Source: an uncultured Candidatus Rokubacteria bacterium
GTDB lineage: Bacteria; Methylomirabilota; Methylomirabilia; Rokubacteriales; CSP1-6
Assembly: GCA_963762145.1 (NCBI GenBank)
Contig: CAVXJS010000011.1
Coordinates: 416,001-480,000 of the forward strand
Reading direction: 5' to 3'
Length of the DNA: 64,000 nt
The translations under genes and the position numbers were made by a program. Below are positions 1-7,414 of the stretch, piece by piece (position 1 is the first letter of the stretch; the number at the start of each line of letters is the position of its first letter). The notes under the pieces were generated by a model that saw only the letters and a program-made list of their open reading frames with translations, made no database searches and had not been told where the DNA came from.

Positions 1-350
1 AGATAGCCCGAGAAGAAGAGCAGGAGCTTCTCCATGGACCAGCCGCGCCAGAGCATGGAGGCGGTCTCGCGGAAGGACGGGACCATCCAGTCCGTCCGGC
101 GCAGGGCGGCGACGCTCGCCACCTGGGTCGCCTCCTGGCCCTTGATGGGCGCGAAGGTGCCGATGCGCCCCTGGCGCTGCAGTCGCAGCATGCGCTCGTC
201 GAAGCGCCGGGCCAGCAGCATGGCGCGGTAGAGGCGCTTGAGCTCGTCCGGGGGGATCTGAGGATCGAGGGCGGAGTCCAGGTTGCCGTCACTGTCCAGG
301 ACGGACAGGTGCTCGATCGTGAACTGCGGCTCGATGACGGTTCTGGGCAT
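1..350 (-). CDS. pdhA: Pyruvate/2-oxoacid dehydrogenase E1 alpha subunit (5' part; runs off the window)
   Basis: Manual translation from ATG 350: MPRTVIEPQFTIEHLSVLDSDG...LYRAMLLARRFDERMLRLQRQGRIGTFAPIKGQEA...WMVPSFRE, a typical E1-alpha N-terminus. Not in the ORF track. Confidence 0.88.
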   Translation of the reverse strand, partial: MPRTVIEPQFTIEHLSVLDSDGNLDSALDPQIPPDELKRLYRAMLLARRFDERMLRLQRQGRIGTFAPIKGQEATQVASVAALRRTDWMVPSFRETASMLWRGWSMEKLLLFFSGY

Positions 351-406
351 TGGCGGCCGGCCCGTTCCCACGCATTCTACCCCGGACCCGGGGTATTCTC
401 TCCGCC

Positions 407-1315
407 ATGCGCGTCCGGGTTCGCGTGCCCGCCACCTCCGCCAACCTCGGGCCGGGCTTCGACGCGCTCGGCCTGGCCCTGGGCCTGTACAACGAGGTGG
501 TCTTCGAGGAAGCCGACGGCATCACCGTGGCCGTGGAGGGCGAGGGCGCCGGGCGCCTCGACGACGGCGCCAAGAACGTGGTCGCGCGGGGGGTCGCGCT
601 GGCCTTCGAGGTGGCGGGCCGGCCCTTCCGCGGCGCGCGCCTCCGCTGCGTCAATCATATCCCGCTGAGCCGCGGCCTGGGCTCGAGCGCGGCCGCGTGG
701 GTCGGCGGCCTGGTCGCGGCCAATGCGGTGCTGGGCGAGCCGCTCGATCGCGAGGCGCTCGTGACGGCGGCGGCCCGGGCCGAGGGCCATCCCGACAACG
801 TGGCCGCGGCGGTGCTGGGTGGGCTCACCGTGTCCTGCGCCGACGCCGCGCGCGTCACCGCGGTGAGCCTGCCCGTGCCGCCCGAGATCGCCTGGGTCGT
901 GCTGCTGCCGGGCACCGAGAGCTCCACCCGGGAGGCGCGGGCGGTGCTCCCGGACTCGGTGCCGCGGGCCGACGCGGTCTTCAACGTGCAGCGGGTCAGT
1001 CTCCTGCTCGCCGCCCTCGGCGCGGGCCGCCCGGACCTGCTCGACCTCGCCATGCAGGATCGTCTGCACCAGCCGTATCGCCAGCGGCTCTTCCCGTGGA
1101 TGGAGGCGGTGGCCGCCGCGGGGCGGCAGGCGGGCGCGCTCGGCTGCGTCCTGAGCGGCGCGGGGCCGTCGATGCTCGCGGCGGTGCGCGGCCGCGGCGA
1201 CGCGGTGGCGCGCGCGATGGAGCGCGCGCTCCGGGAGGCCGGCATCGAGGGGCGGGCACTCGCTCTGCCGGTCGACGCGGCGGGCGCGACGTGGGAGAGG
1301 CTGTCCGAGACTTGA
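407..1315 (+). CDS. thrB: Homoserine kinase
   Basis: [31 protein letters not shown] and SGAGP GHMP-kinase motifs; start set at ATG 407. Confidence 0.95.
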   Translation: MRVRVRVPATSANLGPGFDALGLALGLYNEVVFEEADGITVAVEGEGAGRLDDGAKNVVARGVALAFEVAGRPFRGARLRCVNHIPLSRGLGSSAAAWVGGLVAANAVLGEPLDREALVTAAARAEGHPDNVAAAVLGGLTVSCADAARVTAVSLPVPPEIAWVVLLPGTESSTREARAVLPDSVPRADAVFNVQRVSLLLAALGAGRPDLLDLAMQDRLHQPYRQRLFPWMEAVAAAGRQAGALGCVLSGAGPSMLAAVRGRGDAVARAMERALREAGIEGRALALPVDAAGATWERLSET

Positions 1316-1358
1316 CTCCCACTCGGAGCAGGCAGTACGATCGGTTCGAGGTGTACCC

Positions 1359-1910
1359 GTGATCAAGAGCGACCGCTGGATTCGCCGGATGGCCGCCGAG
1401 AAGGGCATGATCAAGCCCTTCGAGGACCGGCAGGTGCGGAAGGGCGGGATCTCCTACGGGCTCTCCTCCTACGGCTACGACATCCGCATCGCGGATGAGT
1501 TCAAGATCTTCACGAACATCAACACCACGATCGTGGATCCCAAGAGCTTCGACCCGCGTTCCTTCGTTGACGTGCAGGGCGAGGTGGCGGTGATCCCGCC
1601 CAACTCGTTCGCGCTGGGGCGCTCGGTGGAGTATTTCAAGATCCCGCGCAACGTGTTGACGATCTGCGTGGGGAAGTCTACGTATGCGCGGTGCGGCATC
1701 ATCACGAACGTGACGCCGTTCGAGCCGGAGTGGGAGGGGTACGTGACGCTCGAGATCAGCAATACCACCCCGCTCCCGGCCAAGATCTACGCCAACGAGG
1801 GGATCGCGCAGGTCCTCTTCTTTGAATCGGACGAGGCCTGCGAGACGTCATATGCGGACAGGCAGGGGAAGTATCAGGGCCAGCAGGGAATCGTGCTGCC
1901 GACCGTCTAG
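1359..1910 (+). CDS. dcd: dCTP deaminase
   Basis: [28 protein letters not shown] and YQGQ motifs. Confidence 0.95.
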   Translation: MIKSDRWIRRMAAEKGMIKPFEDRQVRKGGISYGLSSYGYDIRIADEFKIFTNINTTIVDPKSFDPRSFVDVQGEVAVIPPNSFALGRSVEYFKIPRNVLTICVGKSTYARCGIITNVTPFEPEWEGYVTLEISNTTPLPAKIYANEGIAQVLFFESDEACETSYADRQGKYQGQQGIVLPTV

Positions 1911-1956
1911 GCCCTGAACGCCGGCTCCGCGGATCGGAGCCAGGAGGTGACGTCCC

Positions 1957-2160
1957 ATGGCTGAGCAGAAGAAGAAGGAAACGAGGCCGACCAAGCCCGC
2001 CGAGGGTGGTGACGAGGGCGGCGCGGGAAGCGCGGAGCTGTCCAAGAAGGGCAAGAAGATCAAGGAGGAGCTGGACAACCTCCTGGACGAGATCGACGAT
2101 ATCCTCGAGGAGAATGCCGAGGAGTTCGTGAAGAGCTACGTCCAGCGCGGCGGACAGTAG
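1957..2160 (+). CDS. pup: Prokaryotic ubiquitin-like protein Pup (C-terminal GGQ)
   Basis: 67 aa with a disordered N-terminus; C-terminus LDNLLDEIDDILEENAEEFVKSYVQRGGQ matches the Pup signature; strong RBS AGGAGG upstream. Confidence 0.9.
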   Translation: MAEQKKKETRPTKPAEGGDEGGAGSAELSKKGKKIKEELDNLLDEIDDILEENAEEFVKSYVQRGGQ

Positions 2161-2196
2161 CCGCGGGCTGGACGGGAGAAAGATCGGAGCGGCCTC

Positions 2197-2412
2197 ATGC
2201 CCATCTACGAATACGCGTGCCTGGCCTGCGGGGCCGAGTTCGAGAAGCTCGTGCAACGCCTGGAGCCGGTGGTCTGCGCGTCGTGTGAGAGCGAGCGCGT
2301 CAGCCGGAGGCTCTCCCTGGTCGGCGTCAAGACCGGCGGACGCACGAGCGACGCGTCGTCCGCGCCCATGAGTGGGGGCGGCTGCTGCGGGGGTGGGTGC
2401 GGCTGCCGCTGA
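2197..2412 (+). CDS. FmdB-family zinc-ribbon protein
   Basis: MPIYEYACLACG...CASC motif and Cys-rich CCGGGCGC tail. Confidence 0.85.
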   Translation: MPIYEYACLACGAEFEKLVQRLEPVVCASCESERVSRRLSLVGVKTGGRTSDASSAPMSGGGCCGGGCGCR

Positions 2413-2439
2413 GCCCGCGACCGAGCCGTCGCGACCGGC

Positions 2440-2462
2440 GAGGGGCCTTCGGGCCCCTTTCG
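2440..2462 (+). terminator. Intrinsic terminator after thrB-dcd-pup-FmdB
   Basis: AGGGGCC-TTCG-GGCCCCT hairpin followed by a short T run. Confidence 0.65.
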
Positions 2463-2497
2463 TGTCTGTGCGCCAGCTCGCGGCGAAGGGGCTCGGC

Positions 2498-2526
2498 TTT
2501 ACACGGTCACGGAGCGCTTCTATACT
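2498..2526 (+). promoter_or_regulatory. Sigma70-type promoter for the LysR gene (probably leaderless mRNA)
   Basis: TTTACA-N17-TATACT, ending 7 nt before GTG 2534. Confidence 0.7.
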
Positions 2527-2533
2527 CGGGCGC

Positions 2534-3427
2534 GTGGACCTACGCCAGCTCGAGATCTTCGTCAAGGTCGCCGAGCTCGGGTCGTTCTCCAAGGCGGCCG
2601 ATGCCCTCTTCCTGACGCAGCCCACGGTCTCGGAGCACATCAAGAGCCTCGAGGACGAGCTGGGCGTGCGCCTGCTGGACCGCCTCGGGCGCGGGGCGGC
2701 GGTGACCAAGGGCGGGGCCCTGCTGCAGGGCTACGCGCAGCGCCTCCTGGCGCTGTCGCGCGAGGCACGGCAGGCGATGGAGAGCTTCCAGGGACGCATG
2801 AGCGGCGAGCTCCTGGTGGGCGCCAGCACGATTCCCGGCGAGTACATCCTTCCCGCCCTGATCGGCCGGTTCAAGGAGAAATTCCCCGATATCGCGATCA
2901 CCCTGCTCATCGGCGGGAGTCAGGCGGTGACGGAGTGGGTGGCCGAGGGACGGGCCGAGGTGGGCGTCGTCGGGGCGCGCTCGAGCCACCGCGGCATCGA
3001 CTTCCGCGAGCTGCTGCCCGACGACATCGTCCTGATCGTGGGCGCGGCGCACCCCTGGCACGGGCGCAAGCAGGTCGTGCTGGAGGAGCTGCGCGCCGAG
3101 CCGCTCCTCCTCCGCGAGCGCGGCTCGGGCACGCGGGCGGCGTTCGAGGCCGCGCTCACCCAGGGCGGCACCGACATCGCGGCCTTCCGCGTGGTCGGGG
3201 AGATGGGCTCCACGCAAGCGATCAAGCAGGCGGTCAAGGCCGGGGTCGGCCTGTCGCTCGTGTCGCGGCGGGCGGTCGAGGAGGAGTGCCGGGCCGGCAG
3301 CCTCTGGTGCCTTCGCGTCAAGGATCTCAAGATCACCCGGGCCTTCTATCTCGCGACCCACCGGGAGCGCAGCCGCTCGCCGCTCGCGGAGGCCTTCCGC
3401 GCCTTCGTCGAGGCGGAAGCCGTCTGA
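2534..3427 (+). CDS. LysR-family regulator (CysL/selenium-metabolism-associated type)
   Basis: LysR HTH (DLRQLEIFVKVAELGSFSKAA...TQPTVS), GASTIPGEY and RERGSGTR motifs; directly upstream of selD. Confidence 0.9.
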   Translation: MDLRQLEIFVKVAELGSFSKAADALFLTQPTVSEHIKSLEDELGVRLLDRLGRGAAVTKGGALLQGYAQRLLALSREARQAMESFQGRMSGELLVGASTIPGEYILPALIGRFKEKFPDIAITLLIGGSQAVTEWVAEGRAEVGVVGARSSHRGIDFRELLPDDIVLIVGAAHPWHGRKQVVLEELRAEPLLLRERGSGTRAAFEAALTQGGTDIAAFRVVGEMGSTQAIKQAVKAGVGLSLVSRRAVEEECRAGSLWCLRVKDLKITRAFYLATHRERSRSPLAEAFRAFVEAEAV

Positions 3428-3462
3428 CCGCCGCCCGTCGCGGCGTTCGCTCCTCCTCACGT

Positions 3463-4530
3463 ATGGAGCCGAGGCTGATCGATCCGAAGACCGGCAAGGA
3501 GATCCGTCTCACCGCCTACGCGGCCTGCGCGGGCTGAGCGTCGAAGATGGGTCCTGGAGATCTCCAGGACGTGCTCGGGGACCTGCGCGACGAGGAGCAC
3601 GCCGACCTGCTGGTGGGGCTCGGCCGGAGCGACGACGCCGCCGTCTATCGCGTGACCGACGACGTGGCCATCGTCGAGACGGTGGACTTCTTCCCGCCCA
3701 TCGTGGACGATCCCTATCTCTTCGGGGCGATCGCGGCCGCGAACTCGATGTCCGACGTGTACGCGATGGGCGGGCAGGTGCTGTTCGCGCTCAACGTGGC
3801 GGGCTTCCCGCGCGAGCTGCCCAAGGACATCATCGCCGCCGTCTTCCGCGGGGGCGCCGACAAGGTGCGTGAGGCGGGCGGCGTCATCGCGGGCGGGCAC
3901 ACCGTCGTGGACGCGGAGCCCAAGTACGGGCTCTGCGTGACCGGCCGGGTGGACCCGCAACGCATCCTGATCAAGGGCGGGCTCCGCCCGGGTCAGCGGG
4001 TGTTCCTCTCGAAGCCGCTCGGCACCGGGGTGATCGCGACCGCGGCCAAGAGCGACCGGTGCGAGCCCGCCGTGCTCGACGGCGCGGTGCAGAGCATGCT
4101 GCGGCTCAACCGCGTGGCCGCGCTCGCGGCGCTGGAAGCGGGGGCGACCGGGGCCACCGACATCACCGGCTTCGGGCTCCTCGGCCACGCCAGCGAGATG
4201 GTCGCCGCCTCCGGCGCAGGTCTGGTCCTTCGGAGCGCCGACCTGCCGCTCTTGCCGGGTGCGCGCGCGCTCGCGGACCTCGGAACCTTCAGCGGCGGCA
4301 TGGGCCGCAACCGCCGCTACCTGGAAGACGAGTTCGGACGGCTCCGCATCGACCCGGCGGTTCCGGACGCGCTCGTCAAGCTGCTCTGCGAGTCGGAGAC
4401 CTCCGGTGGTCTTCTCTTCGCCGTCGATCCAGCACGCGCCGTCACCGTGCACGAGGCATTCGCGCGCGCCGGCGAGCCCGTCTGGGAGATCGGTGAGGTA
4501 ACCGCCGAGCTGCCCCTCGCGCTGATCTAG
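3463..4530 (+). CDS. selD: Selenide, water dikinase (selenophosphate synthetase), selenoprotein with in-frame UGA
   Basis: ATG 3463 gives MEPRLIDPKTGKEIRLTAYAACAG-[TGA 3535-3537]-ASKMGPGDL, in frame with ORF 3547-4530 (DDAAVY, TVDFF, SDVYAMGG, GGHT, TDITGFGLLGH, TSGGLL). The UGA sits at the catalytic Cys/Sec position. Confidence 0.95.
3551..3570 (+). promoter_or_regulatory. Candidate bacterial SECIS hairpin for the selD UGA
   Basis: GTCCTGGA-GATC-TCCAGGAC perfect 8-bp stem starting 13 nt after the UGA, with G in the loop. Confidence 0.65.
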
Positions 4531-4551
4531 GCACCGGCGGCAAGATCAACC

Positions 4552-4603
4552 GCTTCGAGCGCGGGCTTCGCCCGCGCAACCTGCTTCTGGGGGGAGGTTC
4601 GGA
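4552..4603. repeat. One part of a REP-like palindromic intergenic element split by the IS110
   Basis: GCGCGGGCTTCGCCCGCGC hairpin plus GGGGGGAGGTTCGGA; joins 5733-5754 when the IS is removed. Confidence 0.55.
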
Positions 4604-4620
4604 AGCGACTGTCTTGCCGG

Positions 4621-5553
4621 TCAAGCGGGTTGCCATGGGCGGCGGTCCCGGAGCATGGCGTTGAGGATCGTGAGCAACTTGCGCATGGCCGCGATGACGG
4701 CGACCTTCTTGGGGCGCCCCGCGGCCGTGAGCCGCCGGTAGACCTCCCGGATCACCGGGTTGTGGTGAATCGCCACGATGGTGGGCATGTACAGCGCGCG
4801 GCGGACGGCGGCCCGGCCCCCGCCGATCATGCGCCGCCCCCGCCAGCGGCCGCTGTCGCGATTCCACGGCGCCAGGCCGACGAGCGCGGCAATCCGACGC
4901 CGATCCAGCCGACCCAGTTCCGGGAGGTCGGCGATCAGCGCGTGCGCGGTGAGGGCGCCAATCCCGGGCGCCGAGGTCAGCAGATCCTCCGTCTCCCGCC
5001 ACACGGAGCTCGTGCGAATGAGCCGGGCGATCGCCGCGTCGACCTCCGCGATCGCCCGCGTGAGCCACGTGACGTGCGCCCGGATGCGCTGTTGCAGCCC
5101 GCGGACCCGCGCTTGGCGATGCCGGTTCTGCTCGGCCCCCAGCATATCGACGAGCTGGCGCCGCCGGGCCACGAGTTCCCCCAGCCCCTGCGCCTGCTCC
5201 GTGGCCAGCGGCCGCGCCGCCGGCTGCACCAACTCCGCAAAGCGCGCATTGGCCCGCGCATCGAGCCGATCCGTCTTCGCCAGCTGCCCCGTGGCCAGCG
5301 CAAACTGCCGGACCTGCCGGGGATTGACCACCGCCACCGGTAACCCGGCGTGCGCCAGCGCGGCGGCGACGGCGCTCTCATACCCGCCGGTCGCTTCCAG
5401 CACAATCAGCGTCGGCCGCAGGTCGACCAGCCGGTGCACCAGCGTGGCCACCCCCGCCTCTTCGTACGCCACCGCGAACTCCTCATCCGTGGGGCGTACA
5501 TGCACGTCCAGCCGATCCTTCGAGACATCCAGCCCCACGAAGATCCGTTCCAT
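4621..5553 (-). CDS. IS110-family DEDD recombinase/transposase
   Basis: Start MERIFVGLDVSK (ATG 5553); LEATGGYE, KTDRLDA, PGIG and GLAPWNRDSG (Tnp-domain Ser) motifs; appears intact. Confidence 0.95.
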   Translation of the reverse strand: MERIFVGLDVSKDRLDVHVRPTDEEFAVAYEEAGVATLVHRLVDLRPTLIVLEATGGYESAVAAALAHAGLPVAVVNPRQVRQFALATGQLAKTDRLDARANARFAELVQPAARPLATEQAQGLGELVARRRQLVDMLGAEQNRHRQARVRGLQQRIRAHVTWLTRAIAEVDAAIARLIRTSSVWRETEDLLTSAPGIGALTAHALIADLPELGRLDRRRIAALVGLAPWNRDSGRWRGRRMIGGGRAAVRRALYMPTIVAIHHNPVIREVYRRLTAAGRPKKVAVIAAMRKLLTILNAMLRDRRPWQPA

Positions 5554-5718
5554 GTCCCGTCCTTGTCGATGCGGGCTCGCCGAGCGGCCCAAGCGACTGT
5601 TCGGGTTCACGGCACGTGAAGCGGCAGGCAGGGCCCCAGGCTTCCGAACGGTCTTGGCCGACCCAGGGGGGCGCGGGCTCCCGCCCGCCTTCACTCCGGC
5701 TACGCTATCCGCCGGAGT
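5554..5718 (-). ncRNA. Predicted IS110 bridge RNA (5' hairpin, target-binding loop, donor-binding loop)
   Basis: Contains GCGCCCCCCT (5674-5665) and GTTCGGAAG (5649-5641) matching the flanks, and ACAGTCGCT (5600-5592) and ACAAG (5566-5562) matching the circle junction, each inside internal loops of predicted stems. Confidence 0.85.
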
Positions 5719-5732
5719 TCCTAAGATACAAG

Positions 5733-5754
5733 GGGGGCGCAGCCCCCCTCCGAG
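5733..5754. repeat. Other part of the REP-like element interrupted by the IS110
   Basis: Minus-strand CTCGGAGGGGGGCTGCGCCCCC continues into CTTCCGA on excision, forming a GC hairpin. Confidence 0.55.
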
Positions 5755-6018
5755 CTATCTACTCGCGTCGGAGCGCTTCAGGAACGCGATCAGCTTCTGG
5801 CGGAGCTCGGCGGGGAGATTCGTCTCGGGGTGCTCACGAAGACGTCGGGCGGCGTTGACGGTACCTTTGTAAGTGTTGACGAAGGCCACGCACGGCGGGC
5901 AGCCGTCGAGATGCCACTCGAGCTGCGCGGTTTCCTCTTGAGGGAGCGACCCGTCGATGTAGTCGGCGAGCAGCTCGACACACTCCGGGCACCCGATCTC
6001 GCGCGACGCTCCGTCCAT
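5755..6018 (-). CDS. Small zf-HC2 (anti-sigma zinc-finger) domain protein
   Basis: CPECVELLADYIDG...HLDGCPPC (HxxxCxxC). Confidence 0.85.
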   Translation of the reverse strand: MDGASREIGCPECVELLADYIDGSLPQEETAQLEWHLDGCPPCVAFVNTYKGTVNAARRLREHPETNLPAELRQKLIAFLKRSDASR

Positions 6019-6150
6019 CCGCTCCCCCTCGCCGGTGAGGCGATGACCTTGTGTAGCGAAACCTTAACACAGGGCCGGCCCGGAGCAAGTCCGTCTTTGC
6101 TTTCGCGTCAATTGCCTTGCCGCGCGGCGCCGGTGTAGGCTCTCGAAGCC

Positions 6151-7197
6151 ATGGCCGCCCGGGTGGCTGTCCTTGCGCCGTTCGCTTCGCCGTCGGTGCG
6201 TGGGAACGCCATCACGGTGGATCGCATCACGCGCGGCCTCCGGCAGCGCGGCGTCGAAATACGGGTGTGGGATCTCTCGGTGGTGCCCGAAGGGGCGATC
6301 GAGCACCAGGTCGGCCAGTACGGACCCGCGGTCATCCACGCGTTCCACGCCTTGCGTACCGGCCCCACCGCGGTGCGGCTGGCGCGCCAGGTGGGCGTCC
6401 CGCTGCTGGTGACGGCCACGGGCACCGACGTGAACCACGACCTCTTCGACGAGGATGGCGCGCCGATCGTCCAGCGGGTGCTGGAGGGGGCGGGGGCGGT
6501 GAGCGTCTTCGACGAGTCCATGGTCGCCCGCATCATGGAGGCGCTGCCCGCGACGGCGGGCCGGCTCGTGGTGATCCCGCAAAGCGCCGTGTTCGAGATG
6601 CCGCCGTCCGGCCACTGGCCGCCCATCGCCGCGCTCCAGCGGCGGCCCGGCCCAATCATCCTGTTTCCGGCGGGCATCCGGAGGGTGAAGCGGCCCATGT
6701 TCCCGCTCGAGCCGCTCGAAGGCCTGCGCGACCGGTATCCGACGCTCGACCTCGTCTACGTGGGACCCATCATCGACGCAGCGGAAGGCGAGGCCTTACG
6801 CCGGCTGCTGAGCGCGTATCCGTGGGCGGAGTACCTGGGGGCGGTGCCGCACCATCGAATGCCCGCCCTCTTCGACCTGGCGGACGTGGTGCTCAACTGC
6901 TCGATCGCCGAGGGCGGGATGGCCAACGCGATCGTCGAGGCGCTCGCGCTCGGCCGGGCGGTGCTCGCCGCCGACATCGCGGGCAACCGATCGCTCGTCG
7001 AGGACGGGGTGACCGGCTTCCTGTTCGGCTCGACGGAGGAGTTCGCCGTGAAGGCCGACCGCCTGCTGCAGGATCCCGACCTCCGCGCGCGGCTCGGCGT
7101 GGCGGGGCGCGAGCGTGTCAGCGCGCGCTTCGGCGCCGATCGCGAGACCGACGGCTACCTCGCCGCGTACGCGCGACTGGCGCCCGGCTTCGCCTGA
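6151..7197 (+). CDS. Glycosyltransferase family 4 (GT-B fold)
   Basis: GNAIT N-terminus; NCSIAEGGMANAIVEA (ExxxxxxxE-like) and DGVTGFLF motifs. Confidence 0.85.
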   Translation: MAARVAVLAPFASPSVRGNAITVDRITRGLRQRGVEIRVWDLSVVPEGAIEHQVGQYGPAVIHAFHALRTGPTAVRLARQVGVPLLVTATGTDVNHDLFDEDGAPIVQRVLEGAGAVSVFDESMVARIMEALPATAGRLVVIPQSAVFEMPPSGHWPPIAALQRRPGPIILFPAGIRRVKRPMFPLEPLEGLRDRYPTLDLVYVGPIIDAAEGEALRRLLSAYPWAEYLGAVPHHRMPALFDLADVVLNCSIAEGGMANAIVEALALGRAVLAADIAGNRSLVEDGVTGFLFGSTEEFAVKADRLLQDPDLRARLGVAGRERVSARFGADRETDGYLAAYARLAPGFA

Positions 7198-7202
7198 GCG
7201 CG

Positions 7203-7218
7203 CGGCACGGTCTATGCT
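7203..7218 (+). promoter_or_regulatory. Candidate sigma54 (-24/-12) promoter
   Basis: CGGCACGGTCTATGCT: GG-N10-GC, close to the TGGCACG-N4-TTGC consensus. Confidence 0.5.
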
Positions 7219-7351
7219 GTCGCAACGAGTCAATCGGGCGCCGCGCGGTTGCCGAGCGCCTTTCGCGTGCGGTCCGGGGGTGTGGCGCGCGTCACGTTGA
7301 GTGGAATTCCGGCATCGCGCGTGACGAAGTGGTGAAAGAAGGGGCAGGTAG

Positions 7352-7380
7352 TTGACGGGGCTGGAACGCCCCCCTATGAT
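7352..7380 (+). promoter_or_regulatory. Sigma70 promoter of the moxR operon
   Basis: TTGACG-N17-TATGAT. Confidence 0.75.
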
Positions 7381-7414
7381 GGATCAATTCCAACGCGAGG
7401 AAGGAGCCGTTCAA

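Larger units (their letters stand above)
4604..5732 (-). mobile_element. Complete IS110-family element (bridge-recombinase type) bounded by CT cores
   Basis: Minus strand reads GCGCCCCC[CT]TGTATCTT at the left end (core 5731-5732) and ACAGTCG[CT]TCCGAAC at the right end (core 4604-4605). No terminal inverted repeats; long non-coding left end. Confidence 0.92.

Noticed and set aside
1957-2160. Calling the small protein UBact instead of Pup
   Set aside because: The LDEIDDILEENAEEFV..YVQ.GGQ ending follows the Pup pattern.
5554-5694. 47-aa N-terminal extension of the IS110 ORF in the track (start 5694)
   Set aside because: The family N-terminus (xxxxVGLDVSK) begins at ATG 5553; the upstream segment is better explained as the bridge RNA.
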